The position numbers and the translations under genes were made by a program. From an uncultured Poribacteria bacterium (GTDB taxonomy: Bacteria; Poribacteria; WGA-4E; WGA-3G), in NCBI GenBank assembly GCA_958296135.2, contig CATQHZ020000001.1:2144001-2208000 (forward strand): 64,000 nucleotides of DNA, read 5' to 3'. The notes beneath the pieces are model-generated. The model made no database searches, had not been told where the DNA came from, and worked only from the letters and a program-made list of their open reading frames with translations. Positions 28,154-38,151 of this stretch are shown piece after piece. Positions within the stretch are counted from its first letter, which is position 1; each line of letters opens with the position of its first letter.

Positions 28154-28869
28154 CGTTTCAGGGCTCCCCAGGTCACCGCCAGTTTGCCTTTCGGCTCAAC
28201 CGGGGTCGGGTTAAAGTCCGGGGTGACAACGATGATGTTATCATACTGCGCGTGTTCGCCAGCCCGGTCGCCGCCGCTCATGCGGAAGCCGATTTTGCCT
28301 TCCGCGTGCGCGCTCTCCGAATCAGTCCACTCGCTCACGAGTGCCAAATCGGCAAGGCTCGCCCCGACTGAGCCAATGTATGCCTTGAAACTGTATCCTG
28401 CGCGGATTTCAAACTTCACGCGATACCAGACATCCTGCTCCCGGTCGACTCCATCGGCGAACGCGCCCGGTTCGGCTGCCCAGTTTCCGTTGACGCGTCT
28501 GTGCCACCGGATGTGCTGCGGCGTATGCCCGGAACCCGCCGTGGAGACCTGGTGCATATAGATATTATTGCCATCGGTGCCGTGGAAGACGAACCCAGTG
28601 AGCCCGCCATCCATGGCTTTGAAATCGGCGTAATAGTCAAATTCTTCGGGGAAGTCATCAACGCTAAGGCCGACACCGCCGCCCCACACGTCGAGAACCT
28701 TCTTGCCGAGCACCTCGTGGTTATCGGCATTGTCCTCAATAAGCCATGTGCCTTGCGCGTCCCATTTGGCAGCGTCAACGCTCCCACTCTCAAAATCGTC
28801 TTGAAACAGAATCTCGGCAGACACAGTGCCTGCCCAGAGAATCAGCATGAAACAAATTGCGTATCGCAT
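28150..28869 (-). CDS. Secreted LamG/DUF1080-like beta-sandwich protein
   Basis: Signal peptide, ILFQDDFESG, WYRVKFE, GKIGFR, C-terminal PVEPKGKLAVTWGALK. Confidence 0.75.
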   Translation of the reverse strand: MRYAICFMLILWAGTVSAEILFQDDFESGSVDAAKWDAQGTWLIEDNADNHEVLGKKVLDVWGGGVGLSVDDFPEEFDYYADFKAMDGGLTGFVFHGTDGNNIYMHQVSTAGSGHTPQHIRWHRRVNGNWAAEPGAFADGVDREQDVWYRVKFEIRAGYSFKAYIGSVGASLADLALVSEWTDSESAHAEGKIGFRMSGGDRAGEHAQYDNIIVVTPDFNPTPVEPKGKLAVTWGALKR

Positions 28870-28916
28870 TTTAGGTAATCTCCTTTTTGTTTAGGACTTA
28901 TGCAGCAGCCGCAACC

Positions 28917-28950
28917 CCGTAGGCGCGGTTTGTAACCGCGCCTACCGGGG
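28917..28950. repeat. GTAG REP-like palindrome
   Basis: gtaggcgcggtttgtaaccgcgcctacc; relatives at ~9902, 24657, 35676, 38133, 40118, 63738. Confidence 0.8.
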
Positions 28951-29028
28951 GCGTTCTGCGTAAGCCCTATTGTTCAAATGTGTAGGGACAACACTGTTGG
29001 TTCGGGAGCTGCCCCCACGCTTGAAGCG

Positions 29029-29757
29029 TTATTGACGCTTCAACTGCCCCCATGTCACAGCAAGTTTATCTCTCGGTTCAACAGGAAAAATGTCAAATTC
29101 CGGGGTAGCGACGACAACGTTATCGTATTGGGCGTGTTCGCCGGCCCGGTTGCCGCCGCTCATGCGGAAGCCGATTTTGCCTGTCTCAAATGATTTCTGG
29201 CCATCAGTCCACTCACTGACGAGCCCCAGGTCTTCGTTTTCCACGCCGACATCGCCCAGATACACCTTGAACTTGTAGTTCTTGCGCACCTCAAACTTCA
29301 CGCGATACCAGACGTTCTGGTCGCGATTTTCCTTATCGCCAAAGGGCTCGGGTTCAACACCCCACGCGCCGCCGATTCTCCGATGCCATCGGATGTGCTG
29401 CGGCGTATGCCCAGAGCCCGCGGTGGAGACCTGGTGCATATAGATGTTGTTGCCATCCGCCCCATGGAAGACAAACCCGGTGAGGCCGCCATCCATGGTT
29501 TTGAAATCGGCGTAATAGTCGAATTCTTCGGGGAACTCATCCACAGTGAGTCCGACACCGCCGCCCCACACGTCAAGCACTTTTTTGCCGAGCGCGTCGT
29601 GCTTGTCGTCGTTGTTTTCAACTAGCCAACTGGCTTGCGCGTCCCATTTGGCCTTGTCAATGTTCCCACTCTCAAAATCGTCTTGGAACAGGATATCGGC
29701 AAACGCCGTTCCCGCCAAGAGACTGAAGATGAGGGTGAAAAAGATTGTATTTCGCAT
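29029..29757 (-). CDS. Secreted LamG/DUF1080-like protein, tandem paralog of 28150-28869
   Basis: Long identical peptide blocks (FPEEFDYYADFK, GNNIYMHQVSTAGSGHTPQHIRWHRR); C-terminal PVEPRDKLAVTWGQLK. Confidence 0.75.
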   Translation of the reverse strand: MRNTIFFTLIFSLLAGTAFADILFQDDFESGNIDKAKWDAQASWLVENNDDKHDALGKKVLDVWGGGVGLTVDEFPEEFDYYADFKTMDGGLTGFVFHGADGNNIYMHQVSTAGSGHTPQHIRWHRRIGGAWGVEPEPFGDKENRDQNVWYRVKFEVRKNYKFKVYLGDVGVENEDLGLVSEWTDGQKSFETGKIGFRMSGGNRAGEHAQYDNVVVATPEFDIFPVEPRDKLAVTWGQLKRQ

Positions 29758-29770
29758 GTGAATCTCCTTA

Positions 29771-30487
29771 TCAGAACTGATCCGATTTCACTTGTGCCCA
29801 GAGCGTCGTCAATTTCGCTGTGGGTTCAACCGCCCTCGGGTCTTTGCCGCCATAAATCTCGATTTCATCGACGCGTGCGCCGCCGTTGGTACGGATATGG
29901 AGGCGCACCCACCGCGCTTCCACATCTTTAAAGGTAAACTCGGTGGTTTTGCTAACCGGGTCGCCTTTGTGCTCGTAAACCTTCGTCCACGTGTTCGCGT
30001 CGGAGTCTGCATCCGCTTTCTTCGTGGCGACAAGGATGTCAAAGTCAGCAGTCGTCCTATCAAGGAATCCTTGCGAATGGTCGCTGGCGAAAAAGATGCG
30101 GTTCACATTCGCGACCGCGCCCATGTCTATTTGTGCCCAGCCCGGTATCGCACCGATAATCCAACTCCGGCAGTTATTATAGAACCCATCGTTGAGATAT
30201 TCAATACAGTGCCGCTGTGGGCACCACCCTGCCAGCTGCGAGGAAGCCTCCGCCTTCGCATCTTTCAGCAGTGCCAAATTTGGCTCCTTATCCCGAACCG
30301 TTGGGACAAATTCGGGACCGGGTTTACCGCCCGCGTCGCAAGCATCGGTTGCGTCCTTGATGTCCTGCTCCTTGAATTCGTAACGCCCGAATTTTTCGGG
30401 GCCCTTATCTTCGTCATGGAGTGCCAACACCGCGGGTGCGATGAGCATCGTTACCATGACAATCCAACAACACATCGTGAATTTCAT
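29771..30487 (-). CDS. Secreted discoidin (F5/8 type C)-like domain protein
   Basis: NLAL..A.ASS, WAQIDMG, EARWVRLHI, DEIEIYG; C-terminal AVEPTAKLTTLWAQVK. Confidence 0.75.
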   Translation of the reverse strand: MKFTMCCWIVMVTMLIAPAVLALHDEDKGPEKFGRYEFKEQDIKDATDACDAGGKPGPEFVPTVRDKEPNLALLKDAKAEASSQLAGWCPQRHCIEYLNDGFYNNCRSWIIGAIPGWAQIDMGAVANVNRIFFASDHSQGFLDRTTADFDILVATKKADADSDANTWTKVYEHKGDPVSKTTEFTFKDVEARWVRLHIRTNGGARVDEIEIYGGKDPRAVEPTAKLTTLWAQVKSDQF

Positions 30488-30696
30488 TGGATTCCTCCTT
30501 ATGAAAATCAGAGTCTTCCATCTATTGTGGATATTTTAGCAAAAGTCGCAGATTATTGCAAGTTTTGCGTTATTTGTCTGAATCAAGATTGGCGGGATTA
30601 ACGGAATACCGCTGCGAAATGATTCTGACAATTTGACTTTTTCTCGCAAGGTGTGGTATACTTATTTCAAACGAAACGCTCAAAGGAGGACAAATT

Positions 30697-31446
30697 ATGG
30701 ATAGAAACTACATCGTAAAAGTCATCGGCGGCGCAATCTGTCTGCTGCTTGTCATTTGCAGCGGGTTCCTGCTCTATGAACACTGGGCGCGCCAGCAGTT
30801 TGACGAATCGCTGCCTCCCGCGCCACAAACGGTGACAACGGAAAACTCTGACAAAACATCGCTAGCGGAACCTGAGACGCAATCACGACAGGAGATGCCA
30901 TCCCCCGATATGGTGGCAGTAGAGCCCGACATGCCTGAGCTCCAAACAGAAGAACCAGCCGCGCTAGACGATGCACGCCTCGACATGTTTGAAGAGCAAG
31001 CTCTCGCCGCGCTACGCGAAAGCGTTGATATTACCGACGAGGAACTCAATAACGAAGAACTTGTTGAGGCGATCGAAGAGGCATACGGCCACTCACCGGA
31101 AGTGGATGTGATGTCTGATGTGATGGAGCGGATTCAGGCAGACACGGCGACACTCAATGACCTGGTTGACATGGTAGAGGCATCCCTCGCCATCGCGCCT
31201 GAAGATTCGCATGGGGTCCAACAAGTTCTGGAAATACTCCGAGAAGCGGGGCATCGCGGTGGTGCCACCGTCATGAGGTTTAAAAATGTTCCGGGAGGGT
31301 TACCCTCAAACGGACCGGCAATCCTGATAGGAACTACCGATATGAAGAACCTCACCAAAGGTGCAAAAATCACTCTTCAGCTTGATGATGGCACAACGGT
31401 AGATCTTGATGAGTCAGACATTGAAGTAGTTACCGTCATCAAGTAG
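30697..31446 (+). CDS. Hypothetical membrane-anchored acidic protein
   Basis: AAGGAGG RBS, upstream TTGACT..TATACT promoter, N-terminal TM helix. Confidence 0.7.
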   Translation: MDRNYIVKVIGGAICLLLVICSGFLLYEHWARQQFDESLPPAPQTVTTENSDKTSLAEPETQSRQEMPSPDMVAVEPDMPELQTEEPAALDDARLDMFEEQALAALRESVDITDEELNNEELVEAIEEAYGHSPEVDVMSDVMERIQADTATLNDLVDMVEASLAIAPEDSHGVQQVLEILREAGHRGGATVMRFKNVPGGLPSNGPAILIGTTDMKNLTKGAKITLQLDDGTTVDLDESDIEVVTVIK

Positions 31447-31585
31447 GACGGCAGGACAATTCTCCCCTTCTGAGGCAGGCTCAGACGAGCCTGCCCTACG
31501 CGGAGAGGCCCGTTGTTGAGTCAGGTAGAAATGGTCTGAATCAGCGGGAGGATGTAGAAACCCTCTCGTCAACGTGGAGGGGCTT

Positions 31586-32611
31586 ATGGCAAATGAGACG
31601 CGAATTTACCACGTTCAAACCGAGCAGCACGGCACCCGCTTGGATCGATTTCTGTTGAAACAGCTGCAAGCGGGCGAATACAGCAATTCGCTCTTACAGA
31701 CAGAAACAACAGCAAGGCTATCCCGAACTTCTCTCCAGAAACTGATTCGCGATGGGGCAGTCACTGTCAACAGCAAGGTTGCGAAACAGCCGAGTTACTC
31801 TCTCCGAACCGGAGACAGCCTCTGTCTTTCCGTTCCGCAGCCGCGTGCAGTGGAAACCCTTCAGCCTGAACCCATTCCGCTTGACATCTCTTACGAAGAC
31901 AGCGTCCTCATCGTTATCAACAAACCGGCGGGGATGCTCGTGCATCCCGCAAGTGGCGTTAACACGGGGACGCTTGTCAACGCGCTCCTCGCGCATAGCA
32001 AAAACTTATCTAGCATTGGCGGTGCAGAACGCCCCGGCATCGTGCATCGGCTTGACAAGGATACCTCCGGTCTGCTCGTCATCGCCAAAACAGATGACGT
32101 GCATCGCGAGCTCTCTACGCAGTTGGAAACGCGCGCGATGACGCGGCGATATGTCGCCGTGGTGTGCGGCACGCCCGCGAATGCATCCGGGACAATCGAT
32201 GCACAGATTGCAAGAAGCCGCCGCGACCGGCGACGGATGACAACGGTAGAGGAAGATGGCCGGCCGGCCATCACGCACTATGAAGTTGCAGAAAGTTATG
32301 AGAAATTCGCGCGCCTTCAATTGCAATTGGAGACAGGGCGGCTCCACCAGATCCGCGTGCATCTGCAACACATCGGGCATCCTGTTGTCGGCGACGCTGT
32401 CTACGGCGGTGAGAAACGCGCACTGCACGATGCCAATGCTAGCGGTGTCAAGCAGGCCCTCTCGCAACTGAAACGTCAAGCGTTGCATGCGCACACGCTA
32501 GGGTTTGAACATCCTGTCACACAGGAACGTTTAACGTTTTCCGCGCCAATACCAGCCGATATGCAGCGGCTGGTTGATGCCCTATTTGACCCAAAATGTG
32601 AAATGTGGTAG
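31586..32611 (+). CDS. rluD: RluA-family pseudouridine synthase (RluD-like, with S4 domain)
   Basis: RLDRFL S4, NKPAGMLVHP, RPGIVHRLDKDTSG, LETGR.HQIRVH, RQALHA. Confidence 0.9.
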   Translation: MANETRIYHVQTEQHGTRLDRFLLKQLQAGEYSNSLLQTETTARLSRTSLQKLIRDGAVTVNSKVAKQPSYSLRTGDSLCLSVPQPRAVETLQPEPIPLDISYEDSVLIVINKPAGMLVHPASGVNTGTLVNALLAHSKNLSSIGGAERPGIVHRLDKDTSGLLVIAKTDDVHRELSTQLETRAMTRRYVAVVCGTPANASGTIDAQIARSRRDRRRMTTVEEDGRPAITHYEVAESYEKFARLQLQLETGRLHQIRVHLQHIGHPVVGDAVYGGEKRALHDANASGVKQALSQLKRQALHAHTLGFEHPVTQERLTFSAPIPADMQRLVDALFDPKCEMW

Positions 32612-32650
32612 AATCTCTCTATATTGACAGCCATTTATTCTCCGCGGTAG

Positions 32651-32810
32651 TCCCGACATGAAACGCATCGCAGTAGGAGGGACATCCCTGTCCCGACATG
32701 AAACGCATCGCAGTAGGAGGGACATCCCTGTCCCGACATGAAACGCATCGCAGTAGGAGGGACATCCCTGTCCCGACATGAAACGCATCGCAGTAGGAGG
32801 GACATCCCTG
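32651..32810. repeat. Four perfect 40-bp tandem copies of a GTAG REP-like unit
   Basis: tcccgacatgaaacgcatcgcagtaggagggacatccctg x4, no spacers. Confidence 0.92.
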
Positions 32811-32873
32811 TCCCGATACGTCGAAAATCGAGACCGGGAGGTCTCTCCTACCGGATGACCGGCATAAGGAAAA

Positions 32874-33752
32874 ATGATGTTTGAACAAAACGATTTATCT
32901 CACACAAGCGAGCCCGTTGCGCTGCAACCGATGGATTTTACGGATATTCTGGATGGCACTTTCAGCCTCTATCGGAACCACTTCCGCTTGTTTATGAGCG
33001 TTTGCGCCATTTACGGTATCTCGATATTCGCGACGAATCTGGTTTCGCTCTTCATCGTTACAGCGCGCATTTCACCCCTCACGGCGTTAGTGATATTGGG
33101 CATCACGAGTTGCGCGAGTTTTGGGGTAACAATTCTGAGTTTTGGTGCCCTCATCTTCGCGAGCGCGCAGACTTATCTCCAGCGCGACGTTATCGCTTCT
33201 GACGCATTGTGGCAAGGCTTCCGCCGCTTCTGGGCCTACCTCCTCAGTAACCTAGTCTGGTTTTTAGTTGTCGTTGGTTTGTCAGCAACGCTCATCGGTT
33301 TCCCCTTTGGTATCTATTTTGGAATCCGTTGGGGGTTATGTGGCATGCCTGCACTGCTGGAAGGGTGCCCAGCGCGGGCTGCATTGAAACGGAGCAGCGA
33401 ATTGGTGAAAGGCACATGGTGGCGCGTCTTCGGTATCTCACTAGCAATTTTTCTGCTTTGGGTGATGCTCCTATTCATACTGAAGTCCACTGTCGGATTT
33501 GTCTTGACCTTGATAGGCGTTACAGATCCGGTGAACCTACCAGAAATGTTACGCCGAATGGTGATTCCTCCATCCCCTGATGAAGTCGGCATGCTCGCTA
33601 ATGTGATTAGGGTTTTTACAGATAGTATCGCCTCCATTTTGACAATGCCAATTTTAACCATCGGTTCCATGCTCCTCTACTTCGATCTGCGCATTCGGAA
33701 AGAAGGGTTTGATATTGAAATGATGGTGAATACCCGTGAATCCATTGACTAA
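32874..33752 (+). CDS. Multi-pass membrane protein (GDPD-membrane-domain/YciC-like)
   Basis: LQPMDFTDILDGTFSLYR, ALKRSSELVKGTWWR, LLYFDLRIRKEGFD. Confidence 0.75.
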   Translation: MMFEQNDLSHTSEPVALQPMDFTDILDGTFSLYRNHFRLFMSVCAIYGISIFATNLVSLFIVTARISPLTALVILGITSCASFGVTILSFGALIFASAQTYLQRDVIASDALWQGFRRFWAYLLSNLVWFLVVVGLSATLIGFPFGIYFGIRWGLCGMPALLEGCPARAALKRSSELVKGTWWRVFGISLAIFLLWVMLLFILKSTVGFVLTLIGVTDPVNLPEMLRRMVIPPSPDEVGMLANVIRVFTDSIASILTMPILTIGSMLLYFDLRIRKEGFDIEMMVNTRESID

Positions 33753-34386
33753 CAAGGCAGTCGCGCTTTGGTTTATCCTCATCTTCGCAAGTCTCCTCTC
33801 TGTGATATTTGTCATGGCGAATGAGGAACAGCACTTCAGAGAGGAACTCGCATCCGACCGGACGCGCATGGATGTCTCTTTTGAGAAATACCAAACGATC
33901 CTATCCAAACTCCGCCGGCACAACGACATGGGATGGGACGTTGAATTCAGCAAAGTGTTGCTCGTGCTAGGCATCATCGCGCTGGCAGCCGCGGTTATCT
34001 TTTTTGGCAGAAAGATTCGCAGCAACTTGATTACCGAAGCGCGGGACAAGGCACCAGACCTTGCCCTAGAAACTTTGGCAACAGAAAAAGCCGCGCTAGC
34101 GCACGCCGAGACAGCAGAAGCCGCAAGCGACTTTCGGCACGCACTCCGGTTTCTTTACCTGTCGGCAATCTTGCATCTCCAAGAACGCGGCCGCCTCACG
34201 CACGATAAAAGTCTAACGAATTGGGAGTATCTCCGCGCGTTGCAAACGGACACTGAATTGCAACGCGCCTTGCTGCCTGCCATTCAGGTTTTTGATGAGG
34301 TGTGGTATGGCTACCAGCCGTGCAACGCGGAAACCGTCGCTAATTACCGCGAATTGTTGAAAGAGGTCTACAGAACAAACCGATGA
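33736..34386 (+). CDS. DUF4129 domain protein
   Basis: ALRFLYL..., SLTNWEY, FDEVWYG; typical MoxR-cluster member. Confidence 0.8.
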   Translation: MNPLTNKAVALWFILIFASLLSVIFVMANEEQHFREELASDRTRMDVSFEKYQTILSKLRRHNDMGWDVEFSKVLLVLGIIALAAAVIFFGRKIRSNLITEARDKAPDLALETLATEKAALAHAETAEAASDFRHALRFLYLSAILHLQERGRLTHDKSLTNWEYLRALQTDTELQRALLPAIQVFDEVWYGYQPCNAETVANYRELLKEVYRTNR

Positions 34387-35651
34387 GAGACACCACTTGT
34401 CCGAATAATACTGCAGGACTGACGCAGCATGAACTCGGTAGGCGCGGTTTTCAACCGCGCATCCGTGCACGGCTACAAACCGCGACAACGGACAACTATA
34501 GACATCTGTCCTTACAGTCTCGCTTCCTGAAAATCGCCTTAATCGTGTCCATCTGTTTCGTGCTATCGGCGTGCGACGGCTTGGATCGAAGTGGCAGCAC
34601 GCTGAACAGCGTTTTGCGCGCCTTGAAATTCCGCGTGACAGAAATATCCCATGTCTCCCCTGCACGGCTAGAAAGATTCGATGTGCTGTTTCTGTGGCAA
34701 ATCAGAAGGGCCCTCGCCGAAGAAGAGTTTCAGAAAATACACGCTTTCGTTCATGAAGGCGGCACCCTGATTGTCGCCGGTGATGACACGGCACTTGAGC
34801 CCCTCTTCTCGGAGTATGGGTTTGAGTTGCACACGGCACAAAGCGAGCTCATTGATGCAGAACGGATTCCGAGAAAACCGCTCTTTCCGGCGCGCCCAGT
34901 AGCCGAAATCCACGCGCGAACGGATGTTTTCATCACCGGGACAAACGCGATAGACGCAGATAAGATAGCGATGCCGCTCTATGGCAGCGGAACAGAATAC
35001 ACCATCGTAACGTTTCGGCACGGTAACGGGCGCGCCTTTTTCATGTCGTGTCCCTATATTTTCAGCGCGTCGGGACTGGCACATGCAGGAAACGCAACGT
35101 TCCTCTATAACTTGATGTCGACGGTGCCGCGCAAGGCGCGCATCGGGCTCGCCGAATACCGATATTACGGCACCGGCGCGGCAAATTCACCAGACCCGCT
35201 GATAGCACTGCTGTTTGAAACACCGGGAGGATTAGGAGTCCTCTATATCGGCATCACCTTTTTTGTGTTTCTCATGCTGCGCGGGCGGCGGTTTGGAAAA
35301 CCGTTGGAAGTCCAAGAAACGCAACGGCGGCTCAACTCCGAATACGTCCTCGCTATGACTGCACTCTATCAGAAGGGGAACACGCGTCACGAGATTTTGA
35401 GACAGCTGCGCGACGGATTGAGAACTGACCTCGGGGCGCGGTGGCATCTCAACATATCGGATGCTCTGTCTATAACCCCGCAAGCACTCGTGGAGGAAAT
35501 CGCCAAGCGTAGTCCCCTGGCTTCCGATGAACTGCGGAAGTTATTGATGGACTTGGAGCCGCGCGGGGATATATCAGAAGCGCAGCTCCTTGAAATCGCC
35601 AAAAAGGTCGAGGCGTATTACGATACATCCAACATGAGACGGAGGCACTGA
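34383..35651 (+). CDS. DUF4350-like protein
   Basis: FVHEGGTLIVAGD, G.GRAF, RGRRFGKP, EYVLAMTALY; start overlaps previous stop (ATGA). Confidence 0.75.
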   Translation: MRDTTCPNNTAGLTQHELGRRGFQPRIRARLQTATTDNYRHLSLQSRFLKIALIVSICFVLSACDGLDRSGSTLNSVLRALKFRVTEISHVSPARLERFDVLFLWQIRRALAEEEFQKIHAFVHEGGTLIVAGDDTALEPLFSEYGFELHTAQSELIDAERIPRKPLFPARPVAEIHARTDVFITGTNAIDADKIAMPLYGSGTEYTIVTFRHGNGRAFFMSCPYIFSASGLAHAGNATFLYNLMSTVPRKARIGLAEYRYYGTGAANSPDPLIALLFETPGGLGVLYIGITFFVFLMLRGRRFGKPLEVQETQRRLNSEYVLAMTALYQKGNTRHEILRQLRDGLRTDLGARWHLNISDALSITPQALVEEIAKRSPLASDELRKLLMDLEPRGDISEAQLLEIAKKVEAYYDTSNMRRRH

Positions 35652-35758
35652 GCGGCAGGAAGGATTTCCTAAAGCGCGTAGTTGGAAGCCGCGCCTACGG
35701 GGATTTCCAATTGTAAGCGCGGATTTCCATATCCTCCCGATAGGACTCACAAAAATCA

Positions 35759-36709
35759 ATGCAAACAACTCAGTTCGTCTTTGAAAAAATGAGACAAGAG
35801 GCACAAAAAATTATCGTCGGACAGGAGGAACTGTTTAAACTGGTAGTCGTCAGTTTCTTTACTGGCGGACATGTGCTAATGGAAGGCGTGCCGGGCACAG
35901 CGAAAACCTTGATCGCGAAGACTTTGGCGATGCTCGTCTCCGGCGAATTCAGTCGGGTGCAATTTACCCCAGATCTGATGCCCTCGGATATCGTCGGCAC
36001 GAGTGTGTATGAGCTGGCGACGCACCAGTTTAACCTCAAGCGGGGCCCCGTGTTCACAAACGTGCTCCTCGCTGACGAAATCAATCGCGCGCCTGCCAAA
36101 ACACAATCCGCGCTGCTTGAATGCATGGAGGAACGACAGGTTAGCATTGACGGTGTCCGGCACGAACTTCCACCGCCGTTTATCGTCTTGGCGACGCAAA
36201 ACCCTGTGGAATACGAAGGCACCTATCCGCTGCCTGAAGCGCAGCTGGACCGGTTTCTTTTCAAATTGCGCGTGGAGTACCCGGGGCGCGAGAGGGAGCG
36301 GCAGATTCTCATGAATTATCATGAAGGCTTTAATGCAACGCGGCTGGAAAACGCGGGGGTTGCAAGCGTCGTAGACAGAGAGTTGCTCCTGCAGTGCCAA
36401 GAAGAAATTCAGGCAGTCACAGTTGAGGATTCGATCTTTGACTACATTGTGAGTCTCGCGGAAGCGTCACGCGAGTCCATCGAACTGGTTTTGGGAGGCA
36501 GTCCGCGCGCCTCCATCGCGCTGTTGTTGGCGAGCAAAACCTACGCCGCGTTGGAAGGCCGCAATTACATTCTGCCCGACGATGTCAAATTTCTAGCACC
36601 GCATGTCTATCGGCACCGCATTCTGCTGAAACCCGAGGCGGAGCTCGAGGGGTTATCGGCGGATAACGTGATTGAGCGATTGCTCGCCGCCGCCGAAATC
36701 CCGCGGTGA
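35759..36709 (+). CDS. moxR: MoxR family AAA+ ATPase
   Basis: [57 protein letters not shown]. Confidence 0.95.
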   Translation: MQTTQFVFEKMRQEAQKIIVGQEELFKLVVVSFFTGGHVLMEGVPGTAKTLIAKTLAMLVSGEFSRVQFTPDLMPSDIVGTSVYELATHQFNLKRGPVFTNVLLADEINRAPAKTQSALLECMEERQVSIDGVRHELPPPFIVLATQNPVEYEGTYPLPEAQLDRFLFKLRVEYPGRERERQILMNYHEGFNATRLENAGVASVVDRELLLQCQEEIQAVTVEDSIFDYIVSLAEASRESIELVLGGSPRASIALLLASKTYAALEGRNYILPDDVKFLAPHVYRHRILLKPEAELEGLSADNVIERLLAAAEIPR

Positions 36710-36744
36710 TAACAGCAAACAGGCCCCGAGATTAGGACAAAACA

Positions 36745-38121
36745 ATGCAACTCAGCAACCGGCTCCTCTGCCTCCTCTTTCTCGTAGCAATACCAATGAT
36801 GCTTTCAGGCATCTCGCCGAATCTGTTGTTCGTCGGCGGAGGTTATGTGTTGCTCCTGTGCATCGTCTGTGCGATAGATTATCTAACGAATCCGCTGTTT
36901 ACAAAAATAGACGCGCGGCGTGAGATGAATTCCAAATTTTCATTAGGCGTGGAAAACGTGGTGACGCTACAAATAGTGAACCGGTCGCGCCATCACCTCA
37001 AACTCCACCTGAAAGACGATTTTCCATCAGAATTTCAGTTTTATCGGGCAATACACGAGGTGCCTCTACCCCCATCAGCAGAGAAGACGCTTGTCTACCG
37101 GCTCACGCCGCTGCGACGCGGGACTTACAGATTTGAAGACATCCATCTGCGGTGCCGGGGAGTTCTAGGACTGATTATCCGACAACGACACATTGCCGCT
37201 GCGGCCGCGGTGAAAGTCTATCCAAACCTGCAAGCAGTACGGCAATATGAACTGTTGGTAAGGCGTGGTATGCTCGGCCAGCTGGGACTTAAAAATTCGC
37301 GGCAGTTTGGGGAAGGCACGGAAGTCGAGCGGCTCCGCGAATACGCACCCGACGACGACTTTCGCCGCATTGACTGGAAGGCGACAGCACGGCACCGAAA
37401 ACCGATCGTCCGAGAATTTGAGACTGAACGGAGCCAAGATGTCATCATCATGTTAGACACCGGCAGATTGATGGCATCGCCGATTGTGCTGGAAACATCG
37501 GAAAATGCCAAACCAGACCGGCGGGACAGATACAGCAATCTGTCCTTACAAACAGCAATGATTAAGTTGGATTATGCAATCAACACAACCCTGATGGCCG
37601 GCTATGTCTCAACGCTCAAAGGCGATAAGGTAGGGTTAATCGCGTTTGCGGACACGGTGCATCAATACCTTGCGCCGAAGTCGGGCAAAAAGCAGTTTCT
37701 GACGATGCTGGAGAGCATCTACGCGTTACAGGTGCAGCCAGTTGAACCCGATTTTGAGAGCGCGTTCACGTATTTAGCATCAAAACAGCGCAAACGCGCC
37801 CTGGTTATCCTCTTCACAGACATCTTGGACAGAGACGCGGCGGAAGGGCTTGCGACTTACGTCGCGCAGCTCTCAAGACATCACCTCGTCGTTTGTGTGA
37901 CGTTGATGGATTCAACGATTATCGCGCTCGCGGCGCAAAAGTTGACTGATTCCAAAAGCCTCTATCAGAAGATGATAGCAGAAAAATTGCTTCAGGAGAA
38001 ACAGGCGACGTTGGAAATCCTGCGTCGGCGTGGTGTCATCACGCTTGATGTGCCAGCACATCAATTGACGATGACGGTGGTGAATAAATATTTGGAACTC
38101 AAGGCGAAATCTCGGATTTAG
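36745..38121 (+). CDS. DUF58 (vWA-like) protein
   Basis: LREYAPDDDFRRIDWKATAR, LDTGRLM, DKVGL. Confidence 0.9.
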   Translation: MQLSNRLLCLLFLVAIPMMLSGISPNLLFVGGGYVLLLCIVCAIDYLTNPLFTKIDARREMNSKFSLGVENVVTLQIVNRSRHHLKLHLKDDFPSEFQFYRAIHEVPLPPSAEKTLVYRLTPLRRGTYRFEDIHLRCRGVLGLIIRQRHIAAAAAVKVYPNLQAVRQYELLVRRGMLGQLGLKNSRQFGEGTEVERLREYAPDDDFRRIDWKATARHRKPIVREFETERSQDVIIMLDTGRLMASPIVLETSENAKPDRRDRYSNLSLQTAMIKLDYAINTTLMAGYVSTLKGDKVGLIAFADTVHQYLAPKSGKKQFLTMLESIYALQVQPVEPDFESAFTYLASKQRKRALVILFTDILDRDAAEGLATYVAQLSRHHLVVCVTLMDSTIIALAAQKLTDSKSLYQKMIAEKLLQEKQATLEILRRRGVITLDVPAHQLTMTVVNKYLELKAKSRI

Positions 38122-38151
38122 CAGCTCGGCATGCGCGCGTCCAAAGCGCGC

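Noticed and set aside
32651-32810. CRISPR array
   Set aside because: Units are contiguous and identical with no unique spacers; no cas genes in the window
32619-32888. Cys-rich repetitive ORFs
   Set aside because: Translation artefacts of the 40-bp tandem repeat
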